A stretch of DNA of 64,000 bases from Eledone cirrhosa (Eukaryota), in assembly GCA_964016885.1 (NCBI GenBank), contig OZ024743.1:261702001-261766000 (forward strand), in the 5' to 3' direction. A program made the translations under genes and the position numbers. Positions 47,249 through 59,653 of the stretch are shown one piece after another. How positions within the stretch are numbered: position 1 is the first letter of the stretch; each line of letters starts with the position of its first letter. The notes beneath the pieces are model-generated. The model was not told the origin of the DNA. It worked only from the letters and a program-made list of their open reading frames with translations, and ran no database searches.

Positions 47249-47854
47249 CAGGTCACCAGTTGGTGCTACTGGTAACATGTATCCCAGTACAACCTGTCTC
47301 ATGGTCGGGTCGTTGGCGACTAAACTGGCAACCCCACCAAGGTTTCTTGGTGAGGAGGGTGACTTTGGACATCCTGCAGGACTAAAAACAAAACCTGTCA
47401 AAAGGCAAAGGGGCTCTTAAGAGTCAATAGCCATCCAAAATCACCGGGAGAGATGACCCCTTAGCCTTTGTCAAGGCAGAATTCTAGGAGAAGGAAAACT
47501 CTGATATAACACCTGCAACCCTGATGGTATCCAATGATGTTGAATTGTTCTTCTTTTTGGTAAATATCATCTTGGTTAAGAGAGTGGGACTGGCTTTGTG
47601 CAGTGCCTTTGCTCACTATAAAAGCTTCACAGCACAGGCATTGCTTTATATCTGGAGATCTCTCTGCACTTGTCGTCACATGGTACCATTGGCCCAGCAC
47701 TATGTGTCAATAATTGTCACAAGTGTAGTGTTTGTACCAGAGTTTTCAAGTCGCTGGCTGGACTAAAAAGTCACATTCGTTCAGCGCATTGGTAGGGGTT
47801 CTCCTACATGGATATAAAGTAGTGGCCGTACTCGAAAACGAGTTGGCAGCCACC
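47249..47854 (+). mobile_element. Bipartite non-autonomous RTE-derived element (RTE-type 5' UTR + extreme 3' end)
   Basis: ctaggagaaggaaaactctga resembles the RTE 5'-UTR motif; 3' C2H2 remnant [23 protein letters not shown]; terminal stem-loop ctcg-aaaa-cgag; no RT or endonuclease. Confidence 0.72.
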
Positions 47855-48312
47855 ATATAGGTATGTATGTATGTATATATATATATAGGTATGTATGTAT
47901 GTATATATATATATAGGTAGGTATGTATGTATGTATATATATATATAGGTATGTATGTATGTATATATATATATAGGTATGTATGTATGTATGTATATAT
48001 ATATATAGGTATGTATGTATGTATGTATATATATATATAGGTATGTATGTATATATATATATATATGTTTGTATATATGTATGTATGTATGTATATATAT
48101 ATGTATGTATGTATATATGTATGTATGTATGTATATATATATATAGGTATGTATGTATATATATATATATATATGTTTGTATATATGTATGTATGTATAT
48201 ATATATGTATGTATATATGTATGTATGTATGTATATATATATGTATGTATATATATATGTATATATGTATGTATGTATGTATATATATATGTATGTATAT
48301 ATATATGTATGT

Positions 48313-48346
<34 letters not shown>

Positions 48347-48455
48347 GTATGTATATATATGTATGTATGTATATATATGTATGTATGTATGTATATATAT
48401 ATGTATGTATATATATATGTATGTATGTATATATATATGTATGTATATATATATG

Positions 48456-48512
<57 letters not shown>

Positions 48513-48597
48513 GTATATATATATGTATGTATGTATATATATATGTATGTATATATATATGTATGTATGTATATATATGTATGTATGTATATATATG

Positions 48598-48629
<32 letters not shown>

Positions 48630-48727
48630 TATGTATGTATGTATATATATGTATGTATGTATATATATATATGTATGTGTATGTATATATATGTATGTAT
48701 GTATGTATATATATATGTATGTATGTA
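47855..48727. repeat. (TATG)n/(TA)n microsatellite with TAGG variants, block 4
   Basis: Seen directly; the TAGG variant also occurs at 47118-47242, left of the inserted element. Confidence 0.97.
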
Positions 48728-49128
48728 TCATCATCATCATCATCATCATCAACGTTTAACGTCCGTGTTCCACGCTTGCATGGGTTTGGACGGGGGTAGT
48801 CCCACTTGAGGCAAGAGTGATTGTCTTGCTCGCATAGGACTGTCTGGCAGGTTTTCTACAGTTGGATGCCCTTCCTAACACCAACCACATTTACAGTGTG
48901 GGTCTGGGAGGTTTTTACCGTGTTGCCTACACGGCCACATTACAGCGTGGACTGTGTGTTTTTTTGTCGTGACACCTACACGATCTCATTTGTTTCGGCC
49001 TCGATGGCGCGGCACCAACATAACTTTACATAGAACGTGGTGGTGTGGATCGGGTGGGGGTGGGGGTGGTGGGACGGGGTGTATTTTGTTAGAGATGCCT
49101 ACTGGCTGGAGTAGGTTTTACTATATAT

Positions 49129-52100
49129 TTAGGTAAGGCGGGTCTTCTCTGTTACTGAGTACCGCCAAAGGTCTCGGTCCAGTGACATTGTCTTGGAGAG
49201 GTGTAAGTGTGTGATGTCGGAGTTTATCAGCTCGTCCCAGGTTTTTCTAGGTTGCCTATTCCGTGACTACCGTCTATCTTTATTGCCCTGCACTTTGTTA
49301 TACAGCTATCGACTTTCATGCGCATCACGTGTCCATACCAACGTAGCCTTCTCTCGAGTAAACAACATCTGATCCCTCTTATCTCTAATTTTTTCCTTAG
49401 TTCGTTTATGCTTTGCCGTTCACGTATATTACTGTTACACATCCAGCGGAGCATGCAAGCTTCGTTCCTCTCTAGTCTGCGTATATCCTCTGCACACAAT
49501 GCCCAGGTCTCACTGCCATGCAGCATTGCTGTTCGTATGCAGGCATCGTACAACCTGCCTTTCATTTTTAGTGAGAACCCTTTAGCAGCTAATAGTGGTA
49601 TAAGCTCTCTGAACTTTTTCCAACCAGTTCTGACTCTAGCTACAGTACTTTCAGAGCACCCTCCCCCACTGCTGATTTTATCGCCCAGGTAACGGAAGCT
49701 GTCCACTATTTCTATAGAACCCTCTGCGCAATTGAAAGAGCTAGTAGTTTGTGGGCACTTGCTGCTACTTATTGCACCAGAGCACCGGCCACATGTAAAA
49801 TCTATGTTCTTAGTTAGCTTACCTGTGATCCCACTACATCTTTTATGCACCCATACTTTGCATTTAGGACATAAAATGGAGTTTCTACCTACGCCTTTCC
49901 TACACACCGAGCACGACCATTTCCCAGAAGGGACCGCCGCCTTGTTTTCTTTCCTACAAACTAGTACTTTGGTCTTAGCCAGGTTAATTTTAAGTCCTTT
50001 TGACTCTAGGCCGTGCTTCCATGTTTGGAATTTCTTCTCTAGCTCGGCCATTGATTCCGCTATGAGTGTCAGGTCGTCTGCGTATAGGAGTTCCCATGGG
50101 CAGCCTGTCTTGAACTCCTCTGTTATAGCCTGAAGGGCAATAATAAATAGTAGTGGACTGAGAACAGAGCCCTGATGGACGCCAACTTTTACGCTAAACT
50201 CTTCACTATATTCGTTGTTAATTCTAACCTTGCTGACTGTTTCTTTATACATGGCTTGTATAGCCCTCACAAGCCATTCGTCAACGCCTAGTTTTCTAAG
50301 AGCCCACCAGATAATGGAGCGGGGGACTCTGTCGAAGGCTTTCTCCAAGTCGACAAAAGCTAAGTAGAGGGGTTTACCTTTAGCTAGGTACTTCTCCTGT
50401 AGTTGTCGTACTATGAAAAGAGCGTCTGTGGTACTTTTGCCTGACACAAACCCGAACTGCATTTCATCTAGGTCAATTCTCTCTCTGATTAGTTGCGCTA
50501 TTACTCTTTCCGTGACCTTCATGACCTGGTCGATTAATTTAATGCCTCTATAGTTACTCCTATCTAGGGCGTCTCCTTTACCCTTATAACAGTTAACGAT
50601 GATGCTGCTATGCCAGTCCTTCGGAACAACCCCATTCTGTACGACTTGGTTAACTATGCGGGTGACCATGGTGTGTCCCACCGTGCCAGATGCCTTCAGC
50701 ATCTCAGCAACTATTTCCGAAGGCCCAGCCGCCTTACCAGTCTTCATATCCTTGATTGCCTTACTTATTATACTCCCCTCGACTAACACTGCTGGTCCCT
50801 CTATTGGGTCGATATGGGGGAGACTGCCTTTCTCCCAATTATTCTCCTCATTTAGAAGCCTTTCATAGTGACACTTCCAAGCTACCTTCTTATCAGCGTC
50901 GGTGATGGCAAGTGTGCCATCGTCGTTTAGTACACACTTCTCCCCGACAATATCACGGTTTTCCTTGACGCATTGCCTAGCAATCCTGAACACCTCACGT
51001 TTTTGGTCATCGCGTTGTAGAACATGCTTGAACTTTCTTTCCTCAGCTTCCTTCTTGCTAAGTACACTTGTCTCCTAGCTTCCCTCCTGGCCACTTGATA
51101 GTCCTCTCTACTTCCCCCATCCCGCCATACTTTCCAAGCCTGCTTTTTGGCCTTAATTGACCCCTCCACCTTACTGTTCCACCACCATGTTACTCTCCTC
51201 CTGCCTACAGGCCTGCTCCAGCCACAGACCTCGTCTGTCGCCAACAGCAGGTTTGCTTTCAGAAATTCCCACTCTCCCTCTATATTGTCCGACTCTAAAT
51301 GTTCTTCCTTACTGTCGAAAGCATCAAGTAATATGCTTTGAAATTATTCCTGGCTGTGGGGTCCTTTAGCTTCCATATTTTCCTCCTGAGGATAGTCCTC
51401 TTCTGTTGTCGAGTACGTCTCGTCCTGACTATGAGGTCGCTAATTATCAGTCTATGTTGGGAGGTGCATTCTTCATGGGGGAGGGATTTAGTGTTAACAA
51501 CAGACACTCTGTCACGTCTTCTGGTAAGGATATAATCTACCTGGCTTGTGTGTTCCCCGGATCTATAGGTGATCAGGTGATTGTCACGTTTTTTGAAGTT
51601 AGTGTTACAGATAGTTAGGTTATTTGCATCACAGAATTCCAGGATTCTGGAGCCTTCCTCATTTCTAGTACCAAACCCATAGCCTCCATGGATTTCGTCG
51701 TAGCCGTCACAATGTTGTCCAACGTGACCATTTAGGTCGCCTGCGATAATTATATAGTCACTGTCGGATATTTGGGAGGTAGTTAGCATCAGTGTCTCAT
51801 AGAATCTGTCTTTTATAGTGCCGGGCAGTCCGGATTGGGGTGCGTACGCAGATATTACTGTCACCGTAGTTCTATTGAGGACAAGTCGTATTTTAATTAT
51901 TCTGTCGTTCACTCTATTTACGTCTATTATCTTATCTGCCCACTTTTCTGCTACCATGATTCCTACTCCACCCAGCCCATCGTCGTTTCCCCACCCAGAA
52001 AAGCTTATAACAACGTTTTTTACCCTCAATGAACCTAGCAGACCCACCCCTCCACCTGGTCTCTTGAATACAACAAACATCGACCTCCTTACGTTCAAGC

Positions 52101-52296
52101 ATTTCTACAACCTCGTTAGCGCGACCCTTTAGGGTGCCTACATTTATGGTACCAACTCTGAAGTTTTGGATTGCATTTGGGGGTGGGGGCGGTGAGGGGC
52201 GGGGGGCGATGGGGTTATGTTAGCCGTCCGCGGTCGAAACAATGAGGAGTGCTCGCATTCTCGTCCAAGGGGTGAATTTGTCTTTATCTTTGGCAT
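49129..52296 (-). pseudogene. RTE ORF (~1050 aa when repaired): APE endonuclease, RT, PHD finger; ~5 single-base frameshifts, no in-frame stops seen
   Basis: FRVGTINVGTL..CCIQETRW, ISAYAPQ, AGDLNGHVG, SQVDYIL, SQHRLI; NYRGIKL, QFGF, FVDLEKAFD, GVHQGSVLSP, LYADD; C4HC3; FRYLG, LRWYGHV, RPRKTW. The start Met at 52296 is inferred. Confidence 0.93.
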
Positions 52297-52414
52297 TGTC
52301 GCTGAGCGTCCAGATTTTTCTCTCTCACCTCCACTCTCCAGGATTCCGCAGTCCATCCATCCATCATATATCGTATATCGAAAGGCAACCAGGCAAGCGA
52401 TAGTATAGGCCTCT

Positions 52415-52490
52415 GGTTTCTGATTGGTCCGCGTAATAATACTGGTGATGCGTGGGGGCTCTGTTTTATGATTGGTCCACGTAATAGCAA
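52415..52490 (-). promoter_or_regulatory. Duplicated CCAAT-box motif in the RTE 5' UTR (candidate internal promoter)
   Basis: tgattggtcc(g/a)cgtaata at ~52421 and ~52469, reading ACCAATCA on the element strand. Confidence 0.4.
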
Positions 52491-53165
52491 TGGTGGTGTG
52501 TGGGGGTGGGAGGGAGGGGTGTTGGGTAGCTAGCAAGAAGGTAATGATTGAGTGGGGTCCATGCATTTAACAAGCGATTAACAAAAATACAAAATTTGTT
52601 CTGTTAAATACGTCCAAAAACCTACGTATTTAGCACTTAATAGAAACAGAAAATGTAGTTTGTTTTAGCGATAGATTGGCTATTTGGACTTGTTTTGAAA
52701 ATACGCTAGGAGAGAGAGAGAGAGAGATGAAGTCTGTACATTACGTTTACATGAATTTCGTTGGGACAGCAAGCAATGAGAAAGAGAGAGAGAGAGTGAG
52801 AGAGAGCGAGGGTAGGGGGCCACATGATGGCTGTGGGTGTTAGGCGTTTGACCGCCCGTGCCTTCGAAGAAGGAAGAAGGAAAGGATTTTGCTTTTTTGT
52901 TTTGAAGATACGCTAGAATTAGGGATTGGGGTTTGAAATACGTTAGGAATTAAGGTTTGAAAATAGCTAGCAAGAAGGTAATGATTGAGTGGTGTATATA
53001 TATATGTATGTATATATATATGTATGTATATATATATGTATGTATATATATATGTATGTATATATATATGTATGTATGTATATATGTATGTATGTATGTA
53101 TATATGTATGTATGTATATATGTATGTATGTATATATATATGTTATGTATATATATATGTATGTA

Positions 53166-53201
<36 letters not shown>

Positions 53202-53233
53202 TGTATGTATGTATATGTATGTTATATATATAT

Positions 53234-54212
53234 CCCCAAGTATAACAGTTCATCATGGAATAGCTTAGATAGGGCTAGACATAAGATAGGGAAGGCCACA
53301 TCATGGTACGACAACCCAGAGATATCAGAGTGTCATGTTTGTGGACGCCACCCCTGGAGGGAAATTAGCTAACCAGTGTAGAAAGGCCCTGAGAAAGACC
53401 CACTTAAAAATAAGGTGGTAGAAAAGCCAGGAACCACCATAAAATCCCTAATCAGCAAAACCTACCCTTTTAAGAAAACCCACTGTACCAATAGGAAGTG
53501 TATCATATGTAAGGTGAACCCCCGGATAAACTGTAAAACTAGAAACGTAGTCTATAGCATAAGATGTACAGAGGGTACTTGCAGAAACATGACAACAACA
53601 TACATAGGTGAGACAGCTGTAGCATAGGTGAAAGGATAGACCAACACTGGGGGAACTAAAAGGACGAAAAAACAGGTCAGTACTATACGAACATGCTAGA
53701 CAACAACATGACGGTAACATAGACAACATAGAAATTAGAATAATATCTAAACATAGGAATGACCCAGCAGATAGGCAAATCAGAGAGGCCAGTGAAATAG
53801 AAATTAGAAGACCAAAGCTAAACAGAAAGAATGAGTGGAACAACAACAACACCCAAACAAACAACACTGACCTAAGAGAAGTATAAATAAGTAAATAAAA
53901 TAAAATAAAATAAAATAAAATAAATAATACATACACAAGCACAATAACAACAGCACATAAACACACACTAGTCACCCAGCAGACACAACACTATACACAC
54001 TAGTCACACAACACACATAACACTATACACACACGCAAACGCATGCGCAAGAAGACAAAATAAAATAAGATAAACAAACAAGCAAATAAATAAATAAATA
54101 TATAGACAGACTGAATAAAAAATGGCGTAGACATACAACACAACAGGAGGAACAAATGAATATAACACCACTGACGATGTTGCAGATGTGCAACGAAAGA
54201 TTTATGTAAATT
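53234..54212 (+). mobile_element. Second, diverged Penelope-like family: 5'-truncated GIY-YIG + pLTR
   Basis: [17 protein letters not shown]; EKPGTTIKSLISKTYPF..CTNRKCIIC..INCKTRNVVYSIRC..YIGETA; LNRKNEW; several 1-bp frameshifts; flanked by (TA)n. Confidence 0.9.
54169..54206 (+). ncRNA. Hammerhead ribozyme-like motif in the second Penelope family
   Basis: CA-CUGACGA-U-GUUGCA(gaug)UGCAAC-GAAA-gauu-UA-UG; stem I is weak. Confidence 0.68.
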
Positions 54213-54273
54213 ATGTAAACTATATATATATATATGTGTTTGCGTCTATATTGTATCTGTATTATTTTTGACC

Positions 54274-54473
54274 NNNNNNNNNNNNNNNNNNNNNNNNNNN
54301 NNNNNNNNNNNNNNNNNNNNNNNNNNNNNNNNNNNNNNNNNNNNNNNNNNNNNNNNNNNNNNNNNNNNNNNNNNNNNNNNNNNNNNNNNNNNNNNNNNNN
54401 NNNNNNNNNNNNNNNNNNNNNNNNNNNNNNNNNNNNNNNNNNNNNNNNNNNNNNNNNNNNNNNNNNNNNNNNN
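54274..54473. other. Assembly gap (200 N)
   Basis: Run of n; the round length suggests a scaffolding placeholder of unknown true size. Confidence 0.99.
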
Positions 54474-54531
54474 ACACCCTTAGGCCTCACACCAATCACT
54501 ATGCCCAGTATCTCATGCCTGGAAGAAAGAG

Positions 54532-54720
54532 TAATAATTGTTTCTACTTTTGGCACAAGGCCAGCAATTACCCAGTACATTACTGGTACTTTATTTTATC
54601 GACCCCGTAAGGATAAAAGGCAAAGTTAACCTTGGCGGGATTTGAACTCAGAATGGCAAGGGTTGTAACTCTATGAGTCAAAGCATGGCATTCGACCCGC
54701 TACCGATACTGCCAATCCAC
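54532..54720 (-). mobile_element. tRNA-derived SINE family A (well preserved)
   Basis: Closely matches 12339-12529. Confidence 0.9.
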
Positions 54721-55685
54721 TGTAATAATGGCAGTTGCATTTCACTGTCATTACAACTCGTCAGTGTTTGCTTATTTAATCCAAATGCTGAGTGGAGGCT
54801 GATTTACCTAAAGCGCAAGTTTTACCAGCTAGTATTAATTAGTCATATCACTAACACAATGTGATTTAAATAAAGGTGATGTAAGAGTAGTGAATACATT
54901 TCACTGTTGTTACAGTTCGTCTGTGCATGCTTACTTATGTCTTAGGGACTGAGGTATGGAAGACAATATTTTATAGATTTTGTAAACAAAGTATTCTTGG
55001 TGGAGGCTTATTTACATAAAGTGCAGGCTTGACATCTTGATGATTATATTCTAGTTATTAACAAATAGATAAATAATTAGGAAAAAAGTGAAATGTTCTC
55101 ATGTCAAGATTATAACAGAAAAATAAATCTATTTGATTGTATAGAGAAATATAAAACATATATTGTGTCTGTCTGTCTACCTATTTATGTTTGTATCTCT
55201 CACTATCCCTCTCTCTCTGCCTGTCTTATCTATAGCTATCTCTCTGTCTAGTATTGTGAGTGTGTCTGTTTTCATATGATACACTAGTTTTTATTCTGTT
55301 AGGTTTTAAGTATTTTAGTTGATTATATAGCCACACCCCAGCGCCACTTATATTATCGACCTCATAACAAGAAACGGCAAAGTGGCAAAGTCGACTGGCC
55401 GTTAAGTTATGTAGCCAGAACGTAACCAAATACCACAAGTTATTTTTTTATATGTACTAATTCTGCAATTTCAGGCTGATATTTATAACCCATGGAAAAT
55501 AGATGTTAAACAATGATGATTATAATGATATATATGTAAGGGAGAGACTGCACTAATTCACAATTTAACAATGAGTTATTTAACTCGTTGCTAAAAATAG
55601 AGTTGGTATATTTAATTCATTGTGTAGTTAAAAAAATGGTTAATATGTTGTAACTATTGGTCCTTCTTTTTATATAGCAAATACC

Positions 55686-55719
<34 letters not shown>

Positions 55720-55742
55720 ATGTATGTATATATATGTATATA

Positions 55743-57346
55743 TATAAAGGAGATGCTCTAGATAAGGGAAAATTATAGAGGCATTAAGTTAGTTGACCAG
55801 GTCCTGAAGGTCACAGAAAGAGTTATAGCACAACTAATCAGAGAGCGAATTGATCTAGATGAAATGCAGTTTAGGTTTGTGTCAGGTAAAAGTACCACAT
55901 ACGCTCTTTTCCTTGTACAACAACTACAGAAGTACCTAGCTAAAAGTAAACCCCTCTACTTATCTTTTGTTGACTTGGAGAAAGCCTTTGACAGAGTCCC
56001 TCGCTCCATTATCTGGTGGGCTCTTAGAAAACTAGGTATAGATGAATGGCTTGTGAGAGCTATACAAGCCATGTATAAAGAAACAGTCTTGGTGTTCATC
56101 AAGGCTCTGTCCTTAACCCCCTCTTATTTATTATTGCCCTTCAGTCTATAACAGAGGAGTTTAAGACCGGCTGACCATGGGAACTTCTATACGTAGATGA
56201 TCTAACTCTCTTAGCTGAATCTATGTTTGAACTAGAGAAGAAATTCCAAACATGGAAGCATGGCCGAGAATCAAAAGGTCTTAAAGTTAACTTCTCTAAG
56301 ACTAAAGTTCTAATATGTAGAAAGGAAAATAGGGCACAGGTGCCCTCTGGGAAATGGCCATGCTCAGTGTGTAGGAAAGGAGTAGGTAGAAATTCCATTT
56401 TATGTCCCAAATGCAAACTATGGGTACATAAAAGATGTAGTGGGATCACAGGTAAACTATCTAAGAACGTAGATTTTATATGTGGTTGATGATCAGGTGC
56501 AATAAGTAGCAAGTGCCCACAGGATACTAGCTCCTTCTATTGACCAGATGGTTCTATAGAAATAGTGGACACTTTCCGTTACCTGGGTGACAAAATCAGC
56601 GGTGGTGGAGGGTGCTCTGAAAGTACAGTAGCCAGAATCAGAAAGGGATGGAAAAAGTTCAGAGAGCTTATACCACTGTTGGCCACAAAAGGTTTCTCTC
56701 TAAAAACGAAAGGCAGATTGTATGATGCTTGTATACGAACATCAATGTTACATGGCAGTGAGTCATGGGCGTTGTTTTCAGAGAATCTGTGCAGACTGGA
56801 AAGGAACGAAGCATGCATGCTCCGTTAGATGTGTAATAGTAATATACGCAAACGGCAAAACATAAATAAACTAAGTGAGAAATTAGGAATAAGAGGGATT
56901 AGATGCTGTTTACTTGAGAGAAGACTACGTTGGTATGGTCACATGATGCGCATGAAAGACGACAGCTGTATAAAAAAGTGCAGGGTGATCAAAATTGATG
57001 GAAGTTACAGAGTAGGTAGACCCAGAAAAACCTGGGACGATTTGATTAATTCCGACCTTACACACTTGCACTTAACTAAGAGAATGTCACTGGACTGAGA
57101 TCTTTGGCACCACACTGTAATATAGAAGACCCGCCTTGCCTATATACAAAGCGAAACCTACAGTCAGTAGGCACCTCTTAACCAAACATACACCCCAACC
57201 CACTACCCCTACTCCATCCTCCCACTCCCACCAACACCACCCTTTCTCTGTAAAGTTATGTTGGTACCACAACATCCAGTCCAAACTAATGAGGTCGTGT
57301 AGGTGTCACGACAAAAAAACACACAGTCCAGGCTGTAATGTGGCCA
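55743..57346 (+). mobile_element. 5'-truncated, decayed RTE LINE of the PHD-containing family
   Basis: NYRGIKL, FVDLEKAFD, LYVDD, WPCSVC..CPKC..HKRC, FRYLG, LRWYGH, GRPRKTW, with stops and an internal deletion; starts at (TA)n. Confidence 0.93.
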
Positions 57347-57749
57347 TGAAAATATATAGTGTGTGGGGCTGAGGGAATAGAGAAACTGCACAATACTGGG
57401 TATGGAGTGGAGGTGGTGGATAAAAGATTTAGCCGATGGTGGGTGGGAAATGATGTAAATAAAATTTAAAGAGGAGAAAAAGGAAAAATAAACAGATAAA
57501 GGAAGCAGGAACACTTCCAGAACAAGGAGGAGGCAGGGGATGGGGAGTTGAAGATGGGAAATTGGAAGTAGATATTGGAGGCTTCTACATAGTCCATGAC
57601 TACCAAATTTCACCCATAATGTTTTGGTCAGATCAGATCAATGGTTAAAGACATCCAAGATGCTATTCAGTTTGATTGAACTGAATACCACATGATTGCG
57701 AAGTGTATTCCACAACCACAAGGCGATACTTAAACCCATGGATCAGTTC

Positions 57750-58075
57750 TTTGTTAATTTTGGCGATGAGTGTTTCAGTTGTTTGATCAATGGCACAATC
57801 TGCTCAAGAAATAAACATGCAAGTAGCTGCTGAGCATTCCAGACACATTTATGCTTAAGGTAATTCTTTGGTATTCAGAGTGACACATTGTGTGATATGG
57901 CTGGCTTGCTTTTTGAGTCACAGATACAGTTAATCTGATGGGCTTTCAAACAGTTTTCATTTACACAATTTCACTCACATGGCATGGGTTGACACTTGTC
58001 CTAGATAGCACCCAGTAGAATTGAACCCAGGACCTTATGATTGCAAAGCTAATTTCTTAACCACTCAACCATATT
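57750..58075 (-). mobile_element. tRNA-derived SINE family B (plus-strand copies ~61985-62270, ~7990-8220; fragments ~22350-22410, ~25130-25205)
   Basis: Head tggttaagaa...ctttgcaat...ctgggttcaattc.actg; body tcagat...actgta.ct.t.a.tcaaa..., tgtcaca, gaatg.tcagc. Confidence 0.7.
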
Positions 58076-58416
58076 ACGTCCACACCTACACCTATACTTA
58101 TGTTTAATATATAAAATACACACTGTAAACATAGTTTGTGCTAGGAAGGGCATCCAGGTATAAAATAAATCTAGCTAAAATACGGTTCCATTTGAGCAAG
58201 TTATGGTGCAGTCAACTGGCCAGACTTGTCTCATAACTTGAACGACCCGTCTAACCGATGCAAGCGTGGAAAAATAGACATCAAACGATGATGATGATGA
58301 TGATGATGATTCTGTATATATCAGCAGTACTGGTATTGAATAAATCAGCTAATATTCCTTCTTCTACAAAATTTGTAGCCCGCTTATATTAGAAATCTTC
58401 AGGTGGATTAGTAGAA

Positions 58417-58899
58417 CTAGCAGAAAAACAACCCTTCAGGTGGTTTTCTGCTAGCATATGTAGTGTGTATATTGATATTATACGCAAGTATATATGCATG
58501 TAGATATGATACATCAAATAAAATCGTAATTGACAATATACACAGAAATTGAACAAAGACTGTGTTACACTGTCTTATGTAATCAGTAACGTAATCCATG
58601 ATACATTAAAAAAAGACGATATTATATATAAACTGCATTAGGAGAAAATTAGTGACAGAAATATATGAATATTTATTTAAGCGATCGCTAACCGGAAGTG
58701 TTGACATTTGAACATTTTAAAGAAGTGAATCTTTAAACAAGTAATAAAATATATTTAATGAACAGCCACAAAATTTAGCACATAAATTATGTAATATTCA
58801 TTCATTATTTATTCAAAGTAATCCAACTTATTTTACTAAGAGGATAACAAATTATAAACCGTACACAGTCCCACGCTCCTTACTTTATTAAAATTTAGA
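58417..58899 (-). mobile_element. Non-autonomous Helitron-like element with an intact 3' hairpin
   Basis: A|TC...CTAG|T on the minus strand; hairpin ctagcagaaaa..ttttctgctag at 58417-58454; homologous to 19206-19653. Confidence 0.82.
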
Positions 58900-59154
58900 T
58901 TGGTAGACTATTGGGAAACATGCTTTGTGGTATTTGATTTTGACCCATTCTAAGTTCAAATCCAGTCGAGGTTAACCTTGTCTCTGATCTTTCTAAAGTC
59001 AATAGGAATAACATGCCAGTGAACTACTACGCATAATATAAGATTCTATATGCTGTCTGTGCTAAATAAAGCTCAAGATATAACTGGTATATAACACCAA
59101 TATCTGCTGTTGTTACTCTGAAAACATCTTCCGGTATTCATTTATCTTACTATA

Positions 59155-59397
59155 CCTAGTTCAGTCTCACAACACCTTTACCTCAGTCTCACAACACCTT
59201 TACCCCAGTCTCACAACACCTTTACCCCAATCTCACCACCTCTTTACCCCAGTCTCACTATATCTCACTAGACCTACCCCTGTCTCACTCATTCACCTTT
59301 ACCCCAATTTCACCACTCCTACCTCAGTCTCACAATACCTGTACCCCAGTCTCGCTACAACTTTACCCCAGTCTTGCTACACCCTTACTCTAGTCTC
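59155..59397. repeat. ~22-bp degenerate minisatellite (~11 copies)
   Basis: Unit ccccagtctcacaacaccttta and variants. Confidence 0.88.
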
Positions 59398-59594
59398 TGC
59401 TAAAAACAACTGCCTTAGTGTCAGTGTATCTTTATCTGGCTCTACATTTAAATTTAGATTCTACTTGATTTCTCTTCTGGAAACTCTCTCTCCAATAGTG
59501 TCAGATGTATTTTTGGTTCTCTTGTCTTCTGCTGCTGTTATTTTCTGACCAACTTCTAGCAGATTCTGGTTAATATCTTTGAGAGAGGAGGAGG

Positions 59595-59653
<59 letters not shown>

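Larger units (their letters stand above)
48728..52992 (-). mobile_element. Full-length RTE-clade LINE (5' UTR, APE-RT-PHD ORF, 3' UTR, (GAT)n tail)
   Basis: Single long frameshifted ORF, ~700-bp 5' region, 3' tail at 48728-48750; microsatellite on both sides. Confidence 0.95.

Noticed and set aside
53234-53247. ccccaagtataaca resembles the end of the first Penelope arm (ctcccaaagtataaca)
   Set aside because: Here it encodes PKYNS, which aligns with PLYRS in the ORF linker; likely coincidental.
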